Below are positions 30,001-39,240 of a DNA stretch of 64,000 nt, piece after piece. Under the pieces are notes generated by a model. The model was not told the DNA's origin. It worked only from the letters and a program-made list of their open reading frames with translations, and did not search any database. This stretch comes from Candidatus Kapaibacterium sp. (GTDB lineage: Bacteria; Bacteroidota; Ignavibacteria; Kapaibacteriales; UBA2268). Every line of letters begins with the position of its first letter. The stretch's first letter is position 1. Position numbers and translations under genes: made by a program. The stretch is from positions 1,568,001 through 1,632,000 of the forward strand of contig OY762428.1 of the NCBI GenBank assembly GCA_963665665.1, written 5' to 3'.

Positions 30001-30131
30001 TTTTTGTATTTATTTGTTTATGATAATAATTTCAAAATTAGTGTAAATTTGAACTTATACCAATATTTTATATAATTAAATTACAAGTTGAAACTCGGAT
30101 GGTTTAAAATTTTGAAGAAAAAACCTATAAA

Positions 30132-30220
30132 TGTCATTCTGAAGGAGCCTGCGACTGAAGAATCCATCTTTTTCTTAAAGAATTATTGAAGAATGGATTC
30201 TTCGCTGGCGCTCAGAATGA
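30132..30220. repeat. REP-like palindromic element (GTCATTCTGA...GAAGAATC / GATTCTTC...TCAGAATGAC)
   Basis: Inverted termini read directly; related halves at about 32617-32680 and a degenerate half at about 6796-6820. Confidence 0.75.
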
Positions 30221-30247
30221 CCGATTTATACAGTTTTTCCAGATTCC

Positions 30248-30388
30248 TTTCTCCTCCTTCCCAGGTTGTACTTGTGAAGGACATATCCCGCAAAGTTAAA
30301 CATTGAAAAATTTAGAAGCTAAGCTTCCATTGAAAGCTGCATTGCGAAGTACAACTTCGCAATGAGATGAAGATGTTTTTCATAATTA
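30248..30388. repeat. REP-like element, copy 1 (GCATTGCGAAGTACAACTTCGCAATGAG hairpin)
   Basis: Further copies at 31405-31545 and 32717-32800. Confidence 0.8.
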
Positions 30389-30392
30389 TACA

Positions 30393-30857
30393 TCATTCGT
30401 CCAATTCACGATTATCAAAGTCTTGAATAGCACATAAAATAAATTGGTTTTTATTAGGACTTTTACAAAAATAGAAATAAATTTCCATTCCAGTATTTTT
30501 ACTAACTATCCCGATGATGTAAATATGTGTCATTATACTGCCATTTGGCCTTTTCACATCATAGGAATCACCATATAATACCTCATATCCCTCAGAAAAA
30601 TTCAACTCAATATATTTGATCCATTTTTTTAAAATTCTGGATTTTAACCGTGTTAGTCTTGATCCTTCATGATAGTAATCACTTTTATCAATTATTTTTT
30701 CAATATCTGAAGGATTCTTCATAATATCATCAATGAATTCCATTTTAGATACATCTATTGTTTTGCATGAAGTTATTAAAGAGGCAATAAAAGTTCCTCC
30801 CATAATCAATAGGGCCACCTTAGCCATCCAAAAGTATTGATTCTTACTAAAAACCAT
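30393..30857 (-). CDS. Hypothetical lipoprotein B, copy 1
   Basis: Lipobox ITSC; likely start at MAKVALL; near-identical to 31550-32014. Confidence 0.75.
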   Translation of the reverse strand: MVFSKNQYFWMAKVALLIMGGTFIASLITSCKTIDVSKMEFIDDIMKNPSDIEKIIDKSDYYHEGSRLTRLKSRILKKWIKYIELNFSEGYEVLYGDSYDVKRPNGSIMTHIYIIGIVSKNTGMEIYFYFCKSPNKNQFILCAIQDFDNRELDE

Positions 30858-31252
30858 GGCCCCGTCCTTTTTTTTGATTCAAATACAAAAAACAGTTTTT
30901 TGTTTTCATCATTCTCAATCCCGATAATATGATGAAAATGAGTTATTTCCCAATCAGTTTCTTTAGCAATTTTCTTATCGCCAAAATAACTATAATCCTG
31001 AAATTCGGTTTTTATTATTTCTGCATATAATTTATAATCTGTTTCTCTATCACCTATCCATTTCTCAGTATAAAAACCATTTTCCTTGACAATATTCTCA
31101 ATGTTATCAGGATCAGCAAGTATTTTTTCAATTAATAAACATTTCTCTTTATCAATCTCTTTGCATGACAAAGTAATAACTATGGGTATCAAACATATTA
31201 TAATCATTAACTTACTCATAAATATTTCCCCGGGTCGCAGTCGTTTATTCAT
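30806..31252 (-). CDS. Hypothetical lipoprotein A, copy 1
   Basis: Lipobox TLSC; near-identical to 31963-32409. Confidence 0.75.
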   Translation of the reverse strand: MNKRLRPGEIFMSKLMIIICLIPIVITLSCKEIDKEKCLLIEKILADPDNIENIVKENGFYTEKWIGDRETDYKLYAEIIKTEFQDYSYFGDKKIAKETDWEITHFHHIIGIENDENKKLFFVFESKKRTGPWFLVRINTFGWLRWPY

Positions 31253-31377
31253 TTTAGCAAATATAATAAATCATTTATTAATTGAATAACATCATTATTT
31301 AATTAACCGTTAATTATTGAACTAATTACATTGCAGCCTGATAATATGGCGCAATTTCGGAGGAATTATAAATAAAA

Positions 31378-31403
31378 GGGCATCCACAAGGGAGGCCCCT
31401 ACG
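31378..31403 (-). repeat. GTAG-type REP half (GTAGGGGCCTCCCTTGTGGATGCCC)
   Basis: GTAG tetramer followed by an imperfect GC-rich palindrome, located in the spacer between the duplicated units. Confidence 0.6.
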
Positions 31404-31549
31404 GTTTCTCCTCCCTCCCAGATTATACTTGGGAAGTACATATCCCGCAAAGTTAAACTTTGAAAAATTCCGAAACTCAGCTTCTGCGGAAAACTGCATT
31501 GCGAAGTACAACTTTGCAATGAGATGAAGATGTTTTTCATAATTATCCC

Positions 31550-32014
31550 TTATTCGTCCAATTCACGATTATCAAAGTCTTGAATAGCACATAAATGAAA
31601 ATGGTTTTTATCAGGTTTTTTACAAAAATAGAAAAAAATTTCCATTCCGGTATTTTTACTAACTATCCCGATGATGTAAATATGTTTTATTAGACTGCCA
31701 TTTGGCATTTCCACATCATAGGAATCACCACATAATACCTCATATCCCTCAGAAAAATTCAACTCAATATATTTGATCCATTTTTTTAAAATTCTGGATT
31801 TTAACCGTGTTAGTCTTGATCCTTCATGATAGTAATCACTTTTATCAATTATTTTTTCAATATCTGAAGGGTTCTTCATAATATCATCAATGAAATTCAT
31901 TTTAGATACATCTATTGTTTTGCATGAAGTTATTAAAGAGGCAATAAAAGTTCCTCCTATAATCAATAGGGCCACCTTAGCCATCCAAAAGTATTGATTC
32001 TTACCAAAAACCAT
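31550..32014 (-). CDS. Hypothetical lipoprotein B, copy 2
   Basis: Lipobox ITSC; paralog of 30393-30857. Confidence 0.75.
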   Translation of the reverse strand: MVFGKNQYFWMAKVALLIIGGTFIASLITSCKTIDVSKMNFIDDIMKNPSDIEKIIDKSDYYHEGSRLTRLKSRILKKWIKYIELNFSEGYEVLCGDSYDVEMPNGSLIKHIYIIGIVSKNTGMEIFFYFCKKPDKNHFHLCAIQDFDNRELDE

Positions 32015-32409
32015 AGTCCTGTCCTTTTTTTTGATTCAAATACAAAAAACAGTTTGTCGTTTTCATCATTTTCAATCCCGATAATATGATGAAAATGGTT
32101 TATTTCCCAATCAGTTTCTTTAGCAATTTTCTTATCGCCAAAATAACTATAATCCTGAAATTCGGTTTTTATTATTTCAGCATATAATTTATAATCTGTT
32201 TCTCTATCACCTATCCATTTCTCAGTATAAAAACCATTTTCCTTGACAATATTCTCAATGTTATCAGGATCAGCAAGTATTTTTTCAATTAATAAACATT
32301 TCTCTTTATCAATCTCTTTGCATGACAAAGTAATAACTATAGGTATAAAACACATCATTATAACTATTTTTTTCATAATTCGCTCCCCGTGTCGCAGTCG
32401 TTTATTCAT
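31963..32409 (-). CDS. Hypothetical lipoprotein A, copy 2
   Basis: Lipobox TLSC; paralog of 30806-31252. Confidence 0.75.
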   Translation of the reverse strand: MNKRLRHGERIMKKIVIMMCFIPIVITLSCKEIDKEKCLLIEKILADPDNIENIVKENGFYTEKWIGDRETDYKLYAEIIKTEFQDYSYFGDKKIAKETDWEINHFHHIIGIENDENDKLFFVFESKKRTGLWFLVRINTFGWLRWPY

Positions 32410-32560
32410 TTTAGCAAATATAATAAATCATTTATTAATTGAATAACATAATTATTTAATAAACCGTTAATTATTGAACTAATTACATCTAAACTTGTCC
32501 TCGTTGTAGAATACTGTAATTGGCAATTGGCAGCTACGGCCAGCCCCAATGGTTTCTTCC

Positions 32561-32712
32561 GGGGCTGTCTCAAAAGTTGAAAAACTGTTATTTCCCGACA
32601 GGCCGGGATCTTCGACTGAGCGCAGCGAAGAATCTATAACCCGCATGAATACTGGATTCTTCACTTCGTTCAGAATGACAAATCGTAAATATTTCGAATA
32701 AAGAGACATCCC
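32561..32712. mobile_element. MITE-like remnant with termini GGGCTGTCTC / GAGACATCCC, containing a REP
   Basis: Imperfect terminal inverted repeats; internal gaagaatc...gattcttcacttcgttcagaatgac. Confidence 0.45.
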
Positions 32713-32914
32713 GATTTATCCAACAAAGTTAAACTTTGAAAAATTCCGAAACAAAGCTTCTGCGGAAAGCTGCATTGCGGAGTACAACTTCGCAATGAGA
32801 AGAAAAGTTGAGTTCGATTCAGATGCAGATTCTGTAACAATCTTCAGAATAATACTTCCTTTATAAATCCAATAATTCTTTAGATATTTTTAGCCCCTAA
32901 ATAAAAATACATAA

Positions 32915-32946
32915 ACACCTTTCCCGTATATCTTCGGGAAAGGTGT
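32915..32946 (-). terminator. Stem-loop downstream of the NmrA-like gene
   Basis: acacctttcccg...cgggaaaggtgt. Confidence 0.7.
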
Positions 32947-32998
32947 AATATTTCGAACAACTTCCTGCTTTCAATAATTATCTAATGAAAAACAACGA

Positions 32999-33841
32999 TT
33001 AAATTTTATTATCTATATACTCATCAAAAGGCAGGGGTTTTCTGCCGATAATTTTCTCAACATCATCAGTAACTCCGGCTGTATATCCAGCACTTACAGT
33101 TCCGTATAAGGCACACATCATTTCAACTGAAGGCTCCGGCATTCCATTGTCCAGTGCGCCCTGCTTCATATCTTCCATACTTAGTTCAACATAGCTTATA
33201 TTCTTCCCTGATATTTCGGAAATAATAGCTGCAACTTCATAATGATCCAGTATATCCACACCTGTCAGATTATAAGCCTGCCCTTTGAAATTCTCAATAT
33301 TATTAAGAATTGCATTTGCACAATCTGCAATATCATCCACGGCAATAAAACTTGTTTTCCCTTTGCCTGCAGCCAGAAATATTCCGTTTTTATGCTGAAT
33401 CATAGGTGCTATAAATCCGGCTGTAAAGTTTTCCATGAAGAAATTCGGCCTGATAATAGCATAATCGATTCCGCTTTTCATCAAATGCTGCTCTACTTTA
33501 TAAAGTCCGGAATCAGGAGCCATGTCTATGCCAAGAGCTGTATTCAGAAGAATAAAATTAACACCAGATTCGATTGCAGTATCAATAAAAGGTATAAGCT
33601 TTTGATCAGAAAAAGGATCCATTGAGGGGGCAACAAGAGATACTGAATCAACATCCTTTAGAACCTCTCTGAATTGAGCGGGTTGTTCATAATCAAATTT
33701 TACAGGGGTCAAATTCTGTTTTTTCTCAATTTTATCAATATTTCTACCTGCTGCAAAAACATTGTTGCCACTTTCAGCTAATTTTGCAGAAACTTTACTT
33801 CCCAGGTTACCAGTTGCTCCTGTTACCAAGATATTCTTCAT
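32999..33841 (-). CDS. NmrA/SDR-family NAD(P)-dependent oxidoreductase
   Basis: ILVTGATGNLG, IRPNFFMEN, FIAVDDIA. Confidence 0.9.
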   Translation of the reverse strand: MKNILVTGATGNLGSKVSAKLAESGNNVFAAGRNIDKIEKKQNLTPVKFDYEQPAQFREVLKDVDSVSLVAPSMDPFSDQKLIPFIDTAIESGVNFILLNTALGIDMAPDSGLYKVEQHLMKSGIDYAIIRPNFFMENFTAGFIAPMIQHKNGIFLAAGKGKTSFIAVDDIADCANAILNNIENFKGQAYNLTGVDILDHYEVAAIISEISGKNISYVELSMEDMKQGALDNGMPEPSVEMMCALYGTVSAGYTAGVTDDVEKIIGRKPLPFDEYIDNKI

Positions 33842-33952
33842 TGTTTTATCCTTTTGTTATTTAAAAATGTATCCAAATGTCTGGTACAAAATTAAATATT
33901 CGTCAGACGCTGATAAAGGTAACAAAAGGACTATGGATGGTAAATTTCGGAA

Positions 33953-34825
33953 TCAATAGTTAAACAGGCTTTCCCGGAATTGCATTGGCGGGCTTCCCGT
34001 ATGTTTTTTAAAATACTTTACCATATTTGTCGGTTCATCAAACCCTGTCTGATATGCTATCTCCTTCACAGTCATTTCAGTATATGAAAGCAGTCTTTTT
34101 ATTTCCAGAATATTTCTGCTGTCAATAATTTTTTTTGGTGTCCTGCCAGTACAAAGCTTAACAACTTTTGTCAGAGTTTTATCAGACACATTCAATTTAT
34201 CTGCATATCCGGCAACACTGATTTTATTTCCAAGATTATCTTCCAGTAAATCCTCAAATCTACTAAACAGTTCAAGTGAATCAGAGCATGAAACCACCGA
34301 TAGATTTCTTTTTGCCCGTTCAAGGTTAATTAATAACTGACTGAGTATATTTTTGAGTATATGTTCCTTACCAAAATCAGGTTTCCTTTCCTCTTCAAGC
34401 TTCAAATTATGTACTATTGAAAGGATCATATCAACATCATAATCGTTTCTTTCAATAGCCAGCGGTTGAATTTCCGAGTTAAACAGCAGGAAATCGCGGA
34501 AAAACCTGAAATTTGACTTCGATTTAAAAAGGAAATCTTTGGTGAATAATATGGCATGCCCCTTCACTTCGGGATTTTCCCGAAACATTTGAACCTGATT
34601 AATTCCAATAGGAATAATAGTTCCTGACTTATAGTTAATTTCCTGAAAATCAACGATATGCTTACCTGCTCCCTTAGTAAAAATCAATATCTGATAGAAC
34701 CTGAGCTTATGTGGCAATACAGCAATATCAGTATTTTTTACAACTATGTGGTCAATATCAACAATTTCAAATTGTATTTCAGGTTCATGGCTTTTCAAAA
34801 AATCATACTCTTCAATCGATTTCAT
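33953..34825 (-). CDS. AraC-family transcriptional regulator
   Basis: PHKLRFY cupin region; YADKLNVS; KEIAYQTGFDEPTNMVKYFKKHTG. Confidence 0.92.
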   Translation of the reverse strand: MKSIEEYDFLKSHEPEIQFEIVDIDHIVVKNTDIAVLPHKLRFYQILIFTKGAGKHIVDFQEINYKSGTIIPIGINQVQMFRENPEVKGHAILFTKDFLFKSKSNFRFFRDFLLFNSEIQPLAIERNDYDVDMILSIVHNLKLEEERKPDFGKEHILKNILSQLLINLERAKRNLSVVSCSDSLELFSRFEDLLEDNLGNKISVAGYADKLNVSDKTLTKVVKLCTGRTPKKIIDSRNILEIKRLLSYTEMTVKEIAYQTGFDEPTNMVKYFKKHTGSPPMQFRESLFNY

Positions 34826-34955
34826 TAAGTTACCCTGTAGAAAATCATGGTTAACATATTATATTCTTATACAAATTAGTAAAATAGCTTAATAAATACA
34901 TTCAAAATCCGTCAATTAAATTTATTTAACAGTTTTCATTCTTATATCAGAACAT

Positions 34956-34970
34956 TGGAATGAAATTTGC
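34956..34970 (+). promoter_or_regulatory. Possible sigma-54 promoter
   Basis: TGGAATGaaatTTGC with GG-N10-GC spacing, upstream of the TonB gene. Confidence 0.35.
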
Positions 34971-35090
34971 GTTAATAAAAGAAGAGTTATAAGAAATAAT
35001 GGAATTATCACTAATATTTCTTATATTTGAAAAGAATATTTTAAACCATTAAAAAACAAATCGGATAGATTTGATTTATGGGGGGCTGAG

Positions 35091-35876
35091 ATGTATAAAT
35101 CAACAAGGCACGAAAACGAATCAAGCCTTAATTTTAAATTACCTTGGGACAAAAATACCGCGAGGGGATTCGGTATTGCCGTCCTGACTACTTTTTTTAC
35201 AATATTTATTGCTGATTATTTCAACCTGATAGACAATGAAGTACATGTTAGAACCATAGAAATCAGATCTATACCAATCGAGCTATTAAATTGGGGAGAC
35301 GGTGACGGTACAGGAATGAGTGCAGGAAACTTGCAGGATGAGGGAAAAAGACACAAGGGCAATGAACCCAACAGTGTTCTTGAAGATGCTAAGATTGCAG
35401 CTAAAACTAAAAGAAGTAATACATCATCCAATACAGATATAGACAGGGCTACTGATTTCAAACCTGTTAGCGAGTTATCTTCAAACGAAAATTCCGAAAG
35501 CTCTGAAAAAGGAGAGTCAACGTCGAATATCGGTTCCAAAGACGGTGATCCTAATGGTACAGGCCTTAAAGATAAAGGCTTCGGAAAAGGTGCAGGCAAC
35601 GGATTTGGAGATATAGAATGGGGCGGCGGCGGCAATCGTACCGTATTAACAAAGATTGTCCCCAAAATGCCTCCGGGTGTAAACAGAACAGCTTCTATAA
35701 AGATTAAATTCTGGGTTCAGCCTGACGGAACTATTCGTAAAATGATTCCGCTTAAAAAAGCAGATCCGAGAATTGAAAAAGCTGCTATGGACGCACTTAG
35801 AAGATGGCGTTTCAACAAATTGGACGACAATCGCGAAATGGTCGGGATAATTCCTTTAACTTTCCGCCTGAGGTAA
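35091..35876 (+). CDS. TonB-family energy transducer
   Basis: N-terminal TM, G/S-rich linker, TonB_C (IKFWVQPDG...AAMDALRRWRF...LTFRL). Confidence 0.85.
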   Translation: MYKSTRHENESSLNFKLPWDKNTARGFGIAVLTTFFTIFIADYFNLIDNEVHVRTIEIRSIPIELLNWGDGDGTGMSAGNLQDEGKRHKGNEPNSVLEDAKIAAKTKRSNTSSNTDIDRATDFKPVSELSSNENSESSEKGESTSNIGSKDGDPNGTGLKDKGFGKGAGNGFGDIEWGGGGNRTVLTKIVPKMPPGVNRTASIKIKFWVQPDGTIRKMIPLKKADPRIEKAAMDALRRWRFNKLDDNREMVGIIPLTFRLR

Positions 35877-35879
35877 GCA

Positions 35880-36050
35880 ATGGTTTTAGCTTTCATTGCC
35901 GGACTTCCGACTGTAGCAATTGTAATTATAGCTATTCTTGCTATAATGATACTTTTTATGATCTTTAAAAAGCTGATTAAATTTGCTATCTATCTTTCAG
36001 TTTTAATTATCCTCATAATAGTAATCAGCAAACTGCTTCAAATGCAATAA
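35880..36050 (+). CDS. 56-aa two-TM small membrane protein (below the ORF-track cutoff)
   Basis: MVLAFIAGLPTVAIVIIAILAIMILFMIFKKLIKFAIYLSVLIILIIVISKLLQMQ*; starts 3 nt after the TonB stop and ends just before the terminator. Confidence 0.65.
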   Translation: MVLAFIAGLPTVAIVIIAILAIMILFMIFKKLIKFAIYLSVLIILIIVISKLLQMQ

Positions 36051-36057
36051 AAATTTA

Positions 36058-36097
36058 AAAGACTCTGATTTCCACTTTGAAATCAGAGTCTTTTTTA
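36058..36097. terminator. Bidirectional intrinsic terminator
   Basis: aaagactctgatttc...gaaatcagagtcttttttt between convergent genes. Confidence 0.85.
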
Positions 36098-36129
36098 TAT
36101 CGTCCTAATTCTTACAATCTCTTCTTCAA

Positions 36130-37218
36130 TTAGCCCAAAGCATCAATACGTCTTTTTACAGCATCCATCATCATATCAGGAGTCAGGCTGTCTAAGCAGA
36201 AATATTCATTGTTTTTACATTTCGGGCTGAAGAAGCAGGTACATTCTTTTTGGGGCATAACTATCTCTCCCCTGCCGTAAAGCTCAAATTCATTCGGGTT
36301 AAATATATTATTCATCAGCACAAGCTGCTTTCTTAAAGCTATAGCAATATGCATTCCCATCGTTACGGCGGATACTATCACATCGCACTGGTTCATCAGG
36401 GAAATAAAAACAGGCAGTGGGAAGTAACCGAGATATTCGGCTCCTGTCTGTTCGGCATAAAACCTGTTCTTATCATCTTCCTGAGGCCCGCCAAGCAAAA
36501 GCGGATAAAAGCCTTCAGATTGAATTTTCCTGATCAACTCAACCCAATAGTCATCTTTCCATAGCCGGGAAGTCCAGCGCGCTCCGCAGCCCGTATTCAA
36601 ACCTATTATTTTCTTCCCTTTGCTTTGAATATCCCATTCGGCGCTTTCATCGAATTCAATTACATATTCCTGTCCTTTGAATTTCCAACCCATTATTTCA
36701 AAGATTTCCTCCATGTAATTCTTTTTATTGGACTGGTTAACATCATCAAAAAGACCGGTAATAAATTTATCCCTCGATGCTGAATCGATAGGGGCAGGCT
36801 TTCCGTTAATCAAAGTATATCCGATTTTCCTGTCAGCCTTTGTCATATTGGTAAGGGCGCAGGCATAATCATCTTTGTCAAGATTAATAAGTAGGTCAAA
36901 TTCAGTTGCCTGCAAAACGAGCAAAGCCTCGGGACCAAATTTTAATACCTTTTCAACAGTTGACGGAACAACTTCAGGCGTTAAAGTCAGCCACCAAATT
37001 GAGTATCCGGGATATTCCAATCTGAATTTTTCAAGCAGCGGTGTTGTTCTTATAACATCTCCGATAGCACCAAGTTTAATTATTAATATTTTACCCTGCT
37101 CCTGGCAATAATCCGGACAATCCTCGCAGTGATATCCCTTTGTTTTGTGAGGATTGCATGGAATATGCCCTCTGAAGTACTTACAATCAGATTTGTATTT
37201 AATATTTTCAAACTGCAT
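36130..37218 (-). CDS. Glycosyltransferase family 9 (heptosyltransferase-like)
   Basis: ILIIKLGAIGDVIRTTP, GLNTG, LLGGPQE, MHIAIA. Confidence 0.88.
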   Translation of the reverse strand: MQFENIKYKSDCKYFRGHIPCNPHKTKGYHCEDCPDYCQEQGKILIIKLGAIGDVIRTTPLLEKFRLEYPGYSIWWLTLTPEVVPSTVEKVLKFGPEALLVLQATEFDLLINLDKDDYACALTNMTKADRKIGYTLINGKPAPIDSASRDKFITGLFDDVNQSNKKNYMEEIFEIMGWKFKGQEYVIEFDESAEWDIQSKGKKIIGLNTGCGARWTSRLWKDDYWVELIRKIQSEGFYPLLLGGPQEDDKNRFYAEQTGAEYLGYFPLPVFISLMNQCDVIVSAVTMGMHIAIALRKQLVLMNNIFNPNEFELYGRGEIVMPQKECTCFFSPKCKNNEYFCLDSLTPDMMMDAVKRRIDALG

Positions 37219-37240
37219 TAACCAACCCGTAAAATTTAAT

Positions 37241-38044
37241 TTAAAGCCTGTATTGAACTAAGAATCTGAATTGAAAATTGGAAACAAATGATTCTTCATA
37301 TTCTTTAGAAACTTTAGGTGTGAATAGCTCGCCTCTTTCCATCGGCTTTGGATTACCATTAGGATATTTCAGTTCTTCGTCCCGAAGCAAGAGATTCATC
37401 ATACTCAATGAACCACTTATATTCAGATACCATCTTTCATAAATCCTGCCTTCAATACCGAATTTTCCAAATCCTCCCAGCCGGAATGTTGCCTCTTTCG
37501 ACGGATGAATAATTGTTGTATCATTCCTTGGTACATTATTGTAATCAATGAAAACAGTATATTCATCACCATAAACAAATGTACCCATAGCATGAAGCCC
37601 TACAAAAAGTTTTGCCTCGGCCAGCGGAAATTCAATAAATGCCCAGTCAAGCCCAAGGCTGAATGTTGAAACTGTAACTTTATGCTTCAAACTGAACTCA
37701 ACCTCGTTATTATAAGGCAATCTTTGAGCCGAACTGTAAAAATATTGGTCGAAGCCAATCGGTATTCTAAATCTTTCCTTTTTATCGAGATAAGTCATAA
37801 ATTGAAGTGCAAAACCCGGCTGCGGGCCTCCGAACCCTCCGCCAACAACATCCGATTTAGTTGAATCTCTTTCAAATACAGGCAAACGGCCGGGATTGTT
37901 TCCAAGAATTTCTATTGTGGATATTCCAAATGCAACACTAAAACGATCCTGAAACTGAGCTTTTGTGTCTAACTTAAACAAGAAGAAAAATGATACAACA
38001 ATCATAAGCAAGGATAGCGGCAATCTAATTTTATTATTATTCAT
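37241..38044 (-). CDS. Outer-membrane beta-barrel protein, unknown function
   Basis: Signal peptide, alternating amphipathic strands, C-terminal FRFLVQYRL. Confidence 0.65.
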   Translation of the reverse strand: MNNNKIRLPLSLLMIVVSFFFLFKLDTKAQFQDRFSVAFGISTIEILGNNPGRLPVFERDSTKSDVVGGGFGGPQPGFALQFMTYLDKKERFRIPIGFDQYFYSSAQRLPYNNEVEFSLKHKVTVSTFSLGLDWAFIEFPLAEAKLFVGLHAMGTFVYGDEYTVFIDYNNVPRNDTTIIHPSKEATFRLGGFGKFGIEGRIYERWYLNISGSLSMMNLLLRDEELKYPNGNPKPMERGELFTPKVSKEYEESFVSNFQFRFLVQYRL

Positions 38045-38062
38045 AAGTTTTACCCGTTGATA

Positions 38063-39184
38063 TTATATTCTTTCTTTTATACCATAGCTTTCATTTTTTA
38101 CATTATTCTTTGTGATAAGCTCACCTATTAACCCCATTGATATAAATTGCACGCCGACAATAATCAGAGCTATTCCGAACAGGGTAAGCGGCCTGTTACT
38201 GAGTGACGTTTTATTCATAGCCCATTCTATTGTAAGATATAGATCAATAATAAAACCTGTAATTGCAAACAAAGACCCGAATGTACCAAAGAAATGCAAA
38301 GGACGTTTCATATACCTCGTTGTAAAAAGCACCGTTAGCAGGTCAAGATAACCTTTCACCAGTCTGGTAATGCCATATTTTGATTTACCGTATTTACGTG
38401 CGTGATGATGAACCGGGATCTCCGTAACCCTGAACCCCGCCCAATTTGCGAGGGCAGGTATATACCTGTGCATCTCACCATAAACTTCAACATTTTTTAC
38501 AACATCTTTTTTGTATGCTTTCAAACCGCAATTATGGTCATGAAGCTTAACACCGCTTGTTTTTGAAGTAACGTAATTAAACAATTTTGAAGGCAGTGTT
38601 TTGGATATCGGATCTTTCCTGTTTTTCTTCCATCCGGAAACAAGATCGAATCCATCATTAAGCTTTTGTATCATTAACGGAATTTCAGCCGGGTCGTCCT
38701 GCAAATCGCCATCCATTGTAATTACATAATTTCCTTTTGCTTCATGAAAACCAACAGATAAGGCGGCAGCTTTTCCGTAATTCCTTCTGAATCTTATTGC
38801 CCTGAATTTTCTATTTCTTTTATTGATTTTTCTTATAACGGAAAAGGAATTATCCCTGGAACCATCATCAATAAAAATTACTTCATACCTGTTTTTGGTA
38901 TATGAATTCAATACATTTTCTATCGATTCTGATAATTCTATCAATGATTCTTCCTCATTATATATTGGTATCACAACAGATACAATTAGATTCTGAAATT
39001 TATCCGTATTTTTTGAATCTCTGTTTTCCCGGATATTCTTTGCTTTCCTGTCCTTATCATAATTTCTCGGTTTTCTTTCCCTAACGGTAGAAACATTCTT
39101 TTTCCTGCCGGAATTTATTCGCCCGCTAATATTTTTATTATCTTTTCTTTCCGAATAATCGGATTTTCGTTTTTCTGAACCCAC
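38063..39184 (-). CDS. Glycosyltransferase family 2 (ArnC/DPM1-like) with charged N-terminal extension
   Basis: SVVIPIYNEE, DDGSRD, RRNYGK, MDGDLQDDP, two C-terminal TM helices. Confidence 0.9.
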   Translation of the reverse strand: MGSEKRKSDYSERKDNKNISGRINSGRKKNVSTVRERKPRNYDKDRKAKNIRENRDSKNTDKFQNLIVSVVIPIYNEEESLIELSESIENVLNSYTKNRYEVIFIDDGSRDNSFSVIRKINKRNRKFRAIRFRRNYGKAAALSVGFHEAKGNYVITMDGDLQDDPAEIPLMIQKLNDGFDLVSGWKKNRKDPISKTLPSKLFNYVTSKTSGVKLHDHNCGLKAYKKDVVKNVEVYGEMHRYIPALANWAGFRVTEIPVHHHARKYGKSKYGITRLVKGYLDLLTVLFTTRYMKRPLHFFGTFGSLFAITGFIIDLYLTIEWAMNKTSLSNRPLTLFGIALIIVGVQFISMGLIGELITKNNVKNESYGIKERI

Positions 39185-39240
39185 TAATTGCCCCTTATGA
39201 CAATATTAACAAGATAAAAGAAGAAAAATTTCATTTTATT

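Larger units (their letters stand above)
30248..32488. repeat. Tandem duplication: two about 1.08-kb copies offset by 1157 bp
   Basis: 30248-31331 aligns with 31405-32488, including the intergenic REP and both ORFs. Confidence 0.95.

Noticed and set aside
31322-31540. Small ORFs at 31322-31540, 31326-31511 and 32479-32709
   Set aside because: They lie over REP/MITE sequence and are probably spurious.
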